From Lepidodermella squamata (taxonomy: Eukaryota > Animalia > Gastrotricha), in assembly GCA_047495785.1 (NCBI GenBank), contig JBLDXI010000045.1, positions 620,001 to 684,000 of the forward strand: a DNA stretch of 64,000 bases, given 5' to 3'. Of the stretch, positions 12,701-23,367 are shown one piece after another. The first letter of the stretch is position 1. Each line of letters starts with the position of its first letter. The position numbers and the translations under genes were made by a program. The notes under the pieces were generated by a model, which ran no database searches, was not told the DNA's origin, and saw nothing but the letters and a program-made list of their open reading frames with translations.

Positions 12701-14697
12701 TTCCACTTTTTTCACGCACCAATTATTTCCATCTTAATTGTTGCGCAACAGAGCCCGTTTATTGCGTAATAAAATTAAGAAGTTTTTATTCCAATTTTGT
12801 TAACGGCTCTTTTTTCTTGTTTTGCAGTCGCCAAGGCACAGCACCGCCTCAACTCGATGGAATCGGATCCGCGCCACCTAAATTCGTTTCAAGGCGCCCG
12901 CCAAAGCTCAAACCAGTCGCACCCCCTGCCGGCTACCAGCCACCTCAAAGGTCAACGCCTCGACGCACACCTGGAGGCGGCGGCGGTGGTGGCGGGGTGG
13001 CATTCACCACATTCACTGTAAACACCCAACTCCGCGCCGCTGATCTCGCCTACGACCTACTTCCAGAGCCGCAAAACGCCGCTAGAACCCTAACCGACGC
13101 TGGTGTCGCCCTGACCAATGACGATTGGGAGGTAAAATGCGAAGGCCTCAACCTCTTGAGATCCGTCGTAAAATTCCAGCCAAGCGCATTGACCGATGGA
13201 AATCAGCTGCATCAAACGAATCTCGCAATGATCGCCGAGATGAAAAATCTCCGGTCCCAGGTCGCTAGATTGGCGATTCAAGGCATGCGAGAGATGTTCC
13301 AGCAGCTGAAACGAGCCATGGATATCGACGCGGAGAACATCGCAAAGGTCCTACTCGCTAGGTCGGGTGATACAAACCAGTTCTTACGCGCTGACTCTGA
13401 AACAGCGCTAACAGCCATGGCGCAATCGATCAGCCCGGTCAAGGCGCTGACCGCCCTTCTCCAAAACGGCCTCGGTCATCGTAATGTCAGCGTTCGGCGT
13501 TCAACCGCGCAGCATTTGCTCGAGGTCGTCGAACGCATGGGTGCTGCTAAGGCGCTGTCCGGGGTGCCTGAGATCACCGGCCAGCTGATGCCGGCCGTGC
13601 TTCAATTTTTGATGGACGGCTCGCCGGAAACGCGCTTCTACGCCCGGAAATTATGCCACATGCTACTCAGCCACCCTGATTTCGATAAAATGGTTCAAAA
13701 ATTCTGCGCGCCAAACTTAATCGCCAACGCTAGGGACGTAGTCGAAACTGTCCGGACGAAAGGCCCGGGCGAGTTGACGTCGATAGGCAGTAGCCAGCGG
13801 CTGACAGACTACAGCGCTACGCCGAATTCGATGAATGGCGTCATCACGCCGTTGGGCAGCGCCGGCCATAACAACGCATCGTCGGCTGTTGCCAAGCCCG
13901 TGAAACCATTAAGGCGGCTCGATGAAGCGACGCTGGACACGGTTCGCAGCGTTATCGCGCAAATGTCGTCGAACGACTGGCGAGAGCGGTACGACGGGAT
14001 AACAGCCCTGGTTCAGATGACGGAGCATTCGCCGGAGGTAACGTCGTCTCAGTTGACGAAGCTGTTCGACAAATTCTGCCCGCTGCTCAAGGATATGAAC
14101 AGTAAAGTCAATCTATTCGCGTTACAGGCTTTGCAAACCATGCTGCCGATGATAAGCAACGACGTCGGGCCGTTGATTCCGCTGATTATGCAACATTTAA
14201 CGATTAATTTGTCGTCGAAATCGCACGAGATACAGCAGGCCGCTGCTGGGGCGATGCACTCAATGCTGGCCTACGTCGACCCGGCATCGCTGCTGCAACC
14301 GTTCGCTAATCAGACCCAAACGGCGAATTCTAGGAATAAAGCTTTCATGATCGATCGGCTATCGGAAATTGTCGATTCGGTTTGCGATCGGAAAATGAAG
14401 CAAGTCACGCTGCACATTCTGCCGCTGTTGTGGCACCTGTTAGGCTCGGTCACCCAGTCGGGTTCGCTGCCGGGTGGCGCTGGCAATATCCGCCAGTCAA
14501 CCGCGCGCCTCGCCATGGTGCTGCACCAGCACATGGGCGATGATTTGATGCAACACGCGGGCGCCGCCAGTTTGCCGGAGAAGAATTACCTACTGCTGCA
14601 GGAGCTGCTTCGAAGCTCTGCCGGCCCCGCGGCGCCCAGGTCACGCAACGGGCCAACAATTGGCGAGGACCTCGATCAAGCCGTAGTAGCTAGATAG
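3754..14697 (+). CDS. TOGARAM1: TOG array regulator of axonemal microtubules (crescerin/FAM179B/CHE-12), about 12 exons
   Basis: Two N-terminal HEAT/TOG domains (3754-4875, 5167-6090; LDDANFKVV, HKNSRMRQE), a long low-complexity linker in short exons, and two C-terminal TOG domains (12828-14697; NDDWEVKCEGL, KNLRSQVAR, SNDWRERYDGI, DMNSKVN). The linker exon boundaries are less certain. Confidence 0.9.
11460..12655 (-). CDS. piggyBac transposase-derived protein (DDE_Tnp_1_7-like), 4 exons: 12655-12190, 12135-11954, 11900-11762, 11704-11460; 343 aa; nested antisense in TOGARAM1 intron 11211-12827
   Basis: The spliced product has piggyBac motifs in order: acidic N-terminus, QTNIY, ELNSFFAIL, YWDKS..FIAKIMSGERFFAILHYLHL, CYNPENK-MDE, GIKFNVLS..YVYDFELIG, KWTRTVFYW..AMNNAFIIW, FRRKLVDELL. 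Three introns of 54, 53 (GC-AG) and 57 nt keep the frame open. Confidence 0.8.
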
Positions 14698-15433
14698 CAT
14701 GAAATAACAGACGCTAAACCCCTGCGTGCCATTGAAATAAAAAATTTGATTCACATTTTTTTAAATTATATATTTTCTTAATTAAATCTGCTAATTTGTA
14801 TAGCTAAAATATCTTGTGTACATTGATTTATATAGCCGAAGCAGCCATTTTTTAATTCGGTGATCGTTGCGCGTCTTCTTCAGCTCTTGTATTATAACAC
14901 CTAAAATAGTAATTATATCGGCCAATTACGTGCCTATCGAATTGCTAATTCCTATGATTTTAGGTGATAAAATTTGCACCAACTTCTGATCTCTTATTTG
15001 ATAAAAAAAATTGATTATTATGTCTCGTTTCATTTTGTGGATTTTTAAAATAATGGTCAGGCTGTTTCACCGAAAATGTAAAATGATTATTTATTTATTA
15101 TTATTATTTGTTTGATAATTTGATGAAATAAAAAGGCGAGAAATGCGTTCAATCGTTTATTTTCCTTTTTTCATCTCCGGTCGAAAGTCGAATAAGTGCT
15201 TTTTTGATAAAATACCTTTGATCGTTGTTTTTGTTTTTATAAAATTAACTGAGCCATTTTGAAGACATCTTCTCATGCGTTCACACAGTTGAAAAGCGCG
15301 TCGCTGGTGTTGTTGTTGTCGCGCTCTCATTCGCCGCCGTAAAATATAAATGATGTATTTTGTTCAAAATCTACTTGAGCGCGCGCTGTTGATAAAATGA
15401 TGCTGATGATGATGATGATGATTAAGATGCCGG

Positions 15434-17414
15434 TTAATGAGATATAATTAGTGAAACTAGCGCGGATATCGACAGAGCAGCGATTGTGAATGCCGCTGCT
15501 ACCGTTGCGGCGGCACCGCTTTGAAGCACCCTGAAGCAGGCCGACGGCCGCGTTGCGCACACTTTCCGCGTGCTTGAACACAACGTGCAAACCAACGGCG
15601 TTTGGCACAGTCGGTACGACTGCGTTGGGTCTTTAGGGTTCGGCTCCGAGCACGTTTCGCCTTCGCGGCCGAGGTCGTAGGATTTCGGCACGCACGCCGT
15701 TTTTGTGACGCATCGCACCGGAACTGCGTCGAAGCTCGAGTAACTCACAGGTGTCATCGAGTAATAAGGCACCATGCGAGACGTCGAGTCACATGCGCAT
15801 CTTCCCCTATAAAAAAGAACAAAAACCCAAGATTATAACAATATTATATCTACTGAAGGATAATTCGAAGTATAAAGAAGGCGCATGGTGTGCTGTGGAA
15901 CTTTCCACGATAAACAATGTGCAAATCAGGCGAGGGCTGTGACCTTAAATGGGAATCCTATAAAACTTGAACATGCAGATTTTCAAAAAATTAAAGAAAA
16001 TGCATGAAAAAAATTGAGACTCGTTTTATCGTTGGCAAGTTTCGACCACCATCCAAATTGATTTTTGATACATTCGGACTTATATATTAACAACCATGCA
16101 AATGATTTAACCAAAGAACTGACCTTGAGAGAAAATCCTAAAACTGAAGAAGATGCCTAGAAAGTATGATGCCTCAGAACAAGGCGGTTGGCACGCTACT
16201 GAAATAAATTGTCTGGTGTCTGGTTGGAATGACCAAACCAATTTCAGAAATAAGGCGTGCCAGGCGTGACAACTTCTAAAAGGATCCTGATCCTGTATGG
16301 GGCAATTGAATTACCAAAGGTTCGGAGGTGATGTAACCCTATCTTATCAATCCTATCGAAAGCAACGAATCATATGAAATACTTCGCGCCTGAATCAGTT
16401 AGTTTGCTGGGTTTTTAAATTTCTAAAATTCGGTTTATTTTTAATTAAAAATTCTAGAAAATGCTTAAAATTTCGAAATGTATAAAGAAACAGTTATCAT
16501 GTCATAAATGTGTCAAATGGCACTCAGCTTAGTTTCTATCTTCTACCATTTAAAAGCGTGTGATTTTTAATTAAGGCACATGCGCAGGCAGGTAATTTCG
16601 TTTATGCGCGTTTTTTTATAGACAAAATAGCCTAAATGTTGGTGGCCGAATGATAAACTACAACCCAATTTAAAAGGTTAGTAAAGTGACTTTGGTATCG
16701 AATCTAGGTAATTTTCGCTGATAATACTTCTAAATCCAGCTTATAAAATTAAAGTTTAATTGAGACATATAAAGTTTAATTCTTCGAAAAAAATCAATCA
16801 GAAGGCAATGTTTAAACTTACTGAATACAAGCCGTGTTGGGTGCATTGATGCAATCGCTGTTACTTGAACACACATCGCCGTAAGTTTTCTTCACGCATT
16901 CGCAGCAGCCTGATAGAGTGAATTCAGGGTAACAACCACACCTAAACAGGTTCCGAGTAAAGTTTCAGTGAAAATATTTTGATATTGGCGCTTACTTGTT
17001 TTCAACGCAGACAAGATTGCCGATGCATTGAACGCTGTCAAAGCATTTCTCGCCAGCTTTTTTGTTCTTAATAATAGAAATGCAGACGCCACCGGTTTCG
17101 GAAGACGAAGTGTAGCCAGGTAAGCATGAACAAACGCCGCCGCTGCACTGCGTGTTCGGGTCGACGCAAACGTCCCTAGTGCCGCACATGGCGCCAAGCC
17201 GCCGCGCCGCCACACAGGCTGTGCCGTTCTGAATGAAACCAGGCCGACAATCGCACATTCCAGTTCCGCAGGTCGGCGAAGGGTAGTAACACCAAGACTG
17301 GTCGATGTTACCGCATTTATCGTTCGATGAGCATTTCTCGCCGAGAGACAATTGGGCAACGACCCAACCGAGCTGCCCAACAAAAAGCAGCACCACCGCA
17401 AAGAATCCACTCAT
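15434..17414 (-). CDS. Cysteine-rich EB-module repeat protein with signal peptide and GPI-type C-terminus (exons 17414-16996, 16941-16822, 15806-15434; 303 aa)
   Basis: Hydrophobic N-terminus, repeated (L)GExC..C..C..CxCxxGF/Y units, and a C-terminal SGAAATVAAAFTIAALSISALVSLIISH. The phase-2 introns join in frame. Confidence 0.75.
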
Positions 17415-18495
17415 TTATTCTAGGATGGATTCTCAGTAGTTGTTGGATCTTTGTGAAAAAAATCTAGGTAGCAAAGGATTAAAGGTCAATCATTATTAAT
17501 CCGGACGCAATTAAATCATTCCGATTTGCTTGTAAAAAACTTTGGCCTGGAAGCAAAAAAGAAAAATTTGCGGCGCACGACATTTTGCGAGCATAACACA
17601 CATCAATTTATTTATTTCGTAATTCGCCGTCATTTATCGTGGGGTCGCGGAAAAACGCGCGCAGGTAGGCGGGCAATAGCAAAAAATTATACGTATATTC
17701 ACGCGCGCATGTTTTAGCTAGCCCGGGATGAGATTTTTTACACGCCGCGCGCAACATCCAGCATCCGCGCGCTTTTGACTTTTTCAGTGTTTATTGTCAT
17801 TTTTGCGGACTGCGCGAAAGCCGCGTTGTGTGACAATATTTGAAATTTGCGCTTTCCTACCACCAAGCCAACCATTGTTCTACGTGTCGTCAAAGTGAGC
17901 GCGCGCTTTTGCCTGCCCGAGGTTGGTTCTTGCAATGTTTAATTGCTTATTTTTTATCTATATAACTATTATTATCAATTTTCGCCGTCGACTCGAAAAA
18001 GGCAACTCGCTTGTGTGATTATAATGGGAAGTAATATAACTTGACCGTGATGTGTTAATACAAGATGAAGCCTAAAAGCAAAACAACTAAAAGCTACCTC
18101 ACCTCTTATATTAGCTCATCAACCAGTCGAAGTGTTACAATCTATTTACCGCGGCATTTAATGTTAAGCAAATGGATGTATAACGTTGCAGCTGAACGCA
18201 AATTGCATTCATTCTCTCCCTCGAGCAGTAAAACAATCATAAACCATGCGGTTTTTTCGCGTTGTTTTTGTTTTGTTTTCCTCCATCATCATAATCCGTC
18301 ATCGCTGTTATTTACTATAAGTAGCTTATTAGCCAACCGATGCAATGAAGGCTAGAGATATCAAAAAATTGAGCCACTGTTGTTCAATGTTTTATTTAAA
18401 AGTCAGAAAATTTGAAAGGTTCAACTTAAACTTCGATTGAGATATTCAATGCAAAATGTTTATAATTTAATTTAGCCCTTATATAGGATTCTTCT

Positions 18496-18997
18496 TCAGA
18501 CCCAGAACGCGGCCGGAACTAAAGCACCAGTTACTTCAGCGTCAGATTCGGAGTTGCTGTGGAAAAGTTTTCCGAGCTTATGACGTCTGTCCTTTCGATT
18601 GATCCGGCCGATCTTAGCTCCAATGCGCGGGTTGAACTTGAAACTGCGGTGCCGGCGGTTTCGCCTGTATTTCTTGTTTTCCATTGAGCTTCGCCGGTTC
18701 TTCGTTCGTCGTTTCAATTTGCGGCCCGATTCCGAATTCGAAGACTTTGAAAATGATGGGCGACGTAAATGTCTTTTGGCATGAGCTTTTCTGTTCCTCA
18801 GCCGCGTATCACGCATGCTTGAGAAGTCTAACGATGAGTCGTGATTCGAAGCACACTTTTGGGGCTTTCTAGTCTTGATTCCATCGATTTCAGTTACAGC
18901 TAAAATGAGAAATATTTAAATAGCGAAAAATTGCAAATCAACTTTTCAAACCTAGACATAGCATCAGAGCGACCGATAACGCTAGAACACAATTCAT
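18496..18997 (-). CDS. Orphan secreted Arg/Lys-rich protein (exons 18997-18952, 18899-18496; 149 aa)
   Basis: Exon 1 encodes the signal-peptide-like MNCVLALSVALMLCL. A 52-nt GT-AG intron (18900-18951) splices it in frame to the highly basic ORF. Confidence 0.7.
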
Positions 18998-19274
18998 CTT
19001 GATACGATGACGTGGATGTTGAAACAAAATATGTTGTCAGAAGAAAATATCAAATGAGATGAACAAGAATGAAACAACAAGAAATGTCACGAATCTTAAA
19101 TGAAATTGAAAATTGCGTCGCTAATTTCTAGAATATAAGGGGAAGATTTTATTGCGCATTATCGTTATAATAATTGTATTCATGTGAACATAACATTTCG
19201 TCCGTTATACGAATATCCTTCGACTCAAGATTTCTTACGCAATCGAACGCAAAGAAATTGGCATAGATCAGAAT

Positions 19275-20050
19275 TCAACCGATGCAGTGGTCTTCGCAGT
19301 CGTCGAGGCTTGAAAAGAGATTGCCTCGAATTTTCAGCTTACAATTCTATATGAAAGATTCTATAGTAAAGCATTTCAATGCTATCAACTCCACATACTG
19401 CTACGAAAGATCTGCAAATGCCTGACATTATATCGAAGGTGTAGAACTTTCGCGCCGGCTCATCAGTGGAACTGCATCGAAAGCGAACCAGGCGTTCGAA
19501 GCAAACTGCGTTAGTACCAAAAATGGGCCTGTTCACGTGACAGGCTTTTTCACATTGGCGCTTCGAGTTGAAAACAGGACCGCCACATTTCTTAATTTTT
19601 TTAAATAAAAGATATTATATTAAAAAATGGCGACGAGGAAATTACGTATGAATATGATTTGCAGCTTTTCGCGTTTTTGTCGTAGTAGTAGCCCGTCTTA
19701 TTACCGCTTTCCTTAGTGCATACTTGAGTTCCAGGCAATCCAAGGTTGCAAACCTCGGGAAGTCTCCTCTTCACACATTTCGTCACGCAAGCATCGTAAG
19801 TTCGATACAGATTGACTAGCGGACCGCAGCCCTGTTCATACTGATGTCTGAAGATGTTTGAAAAATTTGCGAAGCTTACATAAGAGAAAGGCTCGCATTT
19901 GTTGGAACCTGGTCTGAAAGTGAACAATGTCTGCGGCACTGTCTCGGCAGGGCATTTTGCAAGGATAGGTTCTAGGTGGCATTCGGATTTCTCAGTTTCA
20001 GCATAACTGATCGTACAAAATGTGGAAATTAAAAAGAATAAACCCAACAT
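19275..20050 (-). CDS. Secreted three-domain Kunitz/BPTI-like protein K3 (exons 20050-19880, 19831-19646, 19590-19399, 19346-19275; 206 aa)
   Basis: Signal peptide MLGLFFLISTFCTISYA and three six-Cys domains with aromatic-x-aromatic beta strands and CxxxC ends. Each domain has a phase-0 intron one codon before Cys4. Confidence 0.8.
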
Positions 20051-20405
20051 TTTCAATTTTGTATAATGGAGGAAAAATTAAGAATGGCGAAGAAAGCTAG
20101 CCTTCTAGGTTCTAGGGCATCATTGGGTCTGATGGTCAATTAACTTCAACCTTCAGGGCACCTTAATGTTAAGCCTCGAACTTCGAACTTTCTGCAACAG
20201 CAATCAAGCATGTCAATTGGCTAGTGCAATTGTCGTAATTTATGTCGTCCACATGAATAAATGCGGCGAAAATCCTGCTCAAAAAACGTTATACGCAATT
20301 TTATATTAAAATCTTTATTTATCGAAGAAAATTGTTCAATAAAAAAATGAAAATGGCCATATTACAAAATTTTTCACCGGTTTTTACGCGTTGGAGAAAA
20401 CGGTT

Positions 20406-20891
20406 TTAATTGTTCTTTTTCTTATCGTCTTTGCCATTATCTCCCTGATCATCATCATCACCATCAGCGGCGTCATCGTCATCGTCGTCGTCATCATCAT
20501 CCTCATCATCATCGTCATCATCGTCGTCGCCGTAGTCTTCATCATCTTCGTCGTCCTCTTCTCCATCGTCCCCGCATGTTTCCTGGCAATCGTCCTCAGT
20601 CGTGAAAACATTGACTCTCGGACCGCAAACCTTTAAAAAAATAGGGTAATAAACATTAATTTAAATATTCGAAGCTGCAAAACTCACATATTCATAAGGG
20701 ACACATTTCTTAGCTTCGTAATCGTACGTGAAGTAATTTTTTACTCCCAAGTTACTCCTGCACTTGGCCAAGGGAGGTCGCTGTGTACACTCATCAACAT
20801 CATCAGCATCATCATCATCAGCAGGGGTCGGGGCAGCATAGGCCTGGAAAACCAACCCAACGCAGACAGCAGCGAACAGAGCTACCTTCAT
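20406..20891 (-). CDS. Secreted single-Kunitz protein K2 with a poly-Asp tail (exons 20891-20688, 20630-20406; 142 aa)
   Basis: Signal peptide, acidic pro-segment, CTQRPPLAKCRSNLGVKNYFTYDYEAKKCVPYEY|VCGPRVNVFTTEDDCQETC, then a 55-aa tail with 38 D/E. The intron is 57 nt. Confidence 0.85.
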
Positions 20892-20963
20892 TTCAAAACG
20901 GCAGGTTACGATTCAACAAAACTGGCAAACAAACAAATGCCAAATAGGCGTAAAATGCCTTCC

Positions 20964-20970
20964 TTTTATA
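20964..20970 (-). promoter_or_regulatory. TATA box upstream of K2
   Basis: TATAAAA on the minus strand, about 75 nt upstream of the ATG at 20891. Confidence 0.45.
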
Positions 20971-21399
20971 ACTGCGACAATGCAGTTAGGTGTTACAGGC
21001 TCCCTTTGTAAAGATAATACAGCATTCCTGGAACTCCGAGCACAAGCGTTTAACTTGGAAGCAGCAAAAAAATCAAGTGTCGTGTTGATTTTGATAATAG
21101 GCGTGCTATGTCAACGCGTCATATACCTATAAAGATAAGGTGAGAACGTTTTTTGCCTACTCTATGAATAAGCTCTTGAATAGATACGCCTGCCTGCACG
21201 TTCTACATATTAATATGTCGCCTCTCACTTGGAAAAATGAACTTATTATATTGCAGAGTGTCTTCACGATCTTTTTAATGTCTCATTGGCATTCATATAA
21301 TCCCAACACCTGACGACAGAAAAATCAGGAAATTATATACATAGCGCAGTTGGGCAAGAGCACCGTAAATATTACGTAAAATATGGTATTATTTTTTGA

Positions 21400-21768
21400 T
21401 TAGAAAGCCTCTTCGCTGCTGAAATCTTCCGCGGCAGTATCGTCGCCATCTTCCATCTCAAAACTGACGCATTTGTCAATACAGTCAGCTTCAGAGTCCC
21501 AAATGTTTATCTTAGGCCCGCAACCCTAATTAAGGAAAAAAATCACACCTTTGAAGATAGGTCAGAAATTGAAAATTACATAGGAATATTCGACGCACTC
21601 GCCGTTTTTCCAGTTGTAAGTGTATAGCGTCTGAACCGGGGTTCCATCGACGCATTTCGCTCGAGGAGGAGGATGGAAGCAGTTAGGGTCAGCAGTGAAA
21701 TCTTCGGCGGCATAGCTTTGCAACACTAAAACCGCAACACAAATAGCACCGAATAGCATAAATTTCAT
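21400..21768 (-). CDS. Secreted single-Kunitz protein K1 with a short acidic tail (exons 21768-21580, 21525-21400; 104 aa)
   Basis: Signal peptide, then CFHPPPRAKCVDGTPVQTLYTYNWKNGECVEYSY|GCGPKINIWDSEADCIDKC, then VSFEMEDGDDTAAEDFSSEEAF. The 54-nt intron is at the same position as in K2 and K3. Confidence 0.85.
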
Positions 21769-23367
21769 CGTAAATGTGTTATCAGCTGTAACACCTATAT
21801 AATGAAAAATTGGGAGCAGGATTTAATTGAAACAAATCAAGAGGCCGAAGCTCGAAAGAAAGCTTGAAAGTAGTCGTGCTCTGCTAGGTGAATTGTTTGA
21901 GTAGCCAAGTTAACATATGTGTCTAACCGGTGTGATAATGAAAAAAATAGGTGTATATTATAATATAACCTATAGCGAACTTAGTTTTTTGTGCTAGATA
22001 AACGACATTCCCTTGATAGTAAATACAGGCAAGTGATAAGACTTGAATAACAACAGGTAGTTGATGAGACCTAGTTTCTCCCAACGTGCGCGTCTTCTTG
22101 GATTATTTAGCCGTTTAGAAAATTTTAATTAGGTGTTCAGCCTTAATAAAAAAAAACAATAATAAGTAACGCAACCCATTAATTCGTTCGTTTAAATCAG
22201 CTTACTTTAGACACTCAGGACTCGGGTAATACTCAGGCCTGTGAAAAAACGTGTCAAGGTGAGGACATATTTCTCATACTAAAACGTAGACGGCAAGTCA
22301 AGCCCTTGCAAAAAACAGAACCTGGCTCGCATATTTCTCACGGCATCTCGCCCTGTGCGTTTGATAACTCAGCTATTTTATGCATGGCTTATTAGAAAAT
22401 AAAAAGGTCATGGGTTTTTCCTTTGCGACATTACTCATCATTTGAATGAATGAAGCAGGGAGACTTCATTGCTAGACTCAATCGAACAAAGGAAATTAAT
22501 TTTAATTGTTTGTTTGCTCTTCCTTTAAGATATCGAGCGATATCACCTGTCAATTGAAAACAATAAGAAGCTCAAAGAAGTTCCAGTTCATTCCCATGTC
22601 CGTGTATTTTCGTCATTTATTCTCTAATTAAAATACCGAACAATTTTTGGCTCACAATATTGAAATGCGAGTCCAAAAATAATTAAAAGTGTATATGTCG
22701 GGCGCGTCGCGCGCATGCCGTCGCCATGGCCGAAAATGCGCCCGGTTGTCGCTAAACTTGAGTCAGGTGTATATGAAATTTTCAGCGGCGAACTTATATG
22801 ATGAATGCGGGTCAATACGCTGCACTCCTACTCCGTTGGATGCCGTTGCGACGTCATCGCCATCGCCACAATCGATAATGTACATGGACCGGATTTCGGC
22901 CGCGCGACACTTTTCTACATTCGCGCGCGCCCACCGTTCATTCATTTTGGCGCGGACTCAATGCCGGATGGTGAATGAACCCACCGTTATATAAATGAAA
23001 GAGCTAGACTAAGTGAGCGTTTTTCGAATAAAATCATTATAAAACCCACCTTGTACGAAATGCTCAGCAGGAGAAGTGTCTTGAAACAACTGAAAATTAC
23101 CGCTATTTTTCAGCGGGGCTTTAACACTTCAAACTCAATTGGTTAGAAAATCTGTTGCGCATGGCCTGAAATAACCCTGAAAAATCCTTTACATATTATA
23201 TAGTCAAAAATTCTTTTGAAAAAAATACGCAAGGACATTTTTCGCATGATTATAGTTCCACTTAATTTGTTGGTACGCTTTTAATGCACCAATTATATTA
23301 TTATCTCTTGTGAAAAGCGAATCGATCTGCATACACACTCAATTGAAGGCGCTACAATAATTTTTTG

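Noticed and set aside
11211-12827. Active piggyBac transposon
   Set aside because: No TTAA-flanked TIRs seen, catalytic motifs are missing, and host-type introns are present.
20384-20636. Hydrophobic Ile/Val-rich ORF (+) and Met/Thr-rich ORF (-)
   Set aside because: They are antisense and off-frame shadows of the GAT/GAC poly-Asp codons of K2. The poly-Val ORFs opposite the CUB gene Thr tracts are the same kind of artefact.
22624-22994. GC-rich island with short ORFs and a half X-box (GTCGCCATGGCC)
   Set aside because: No splice or homology support and the X-box second half is missing. Probably regulatory DNA.
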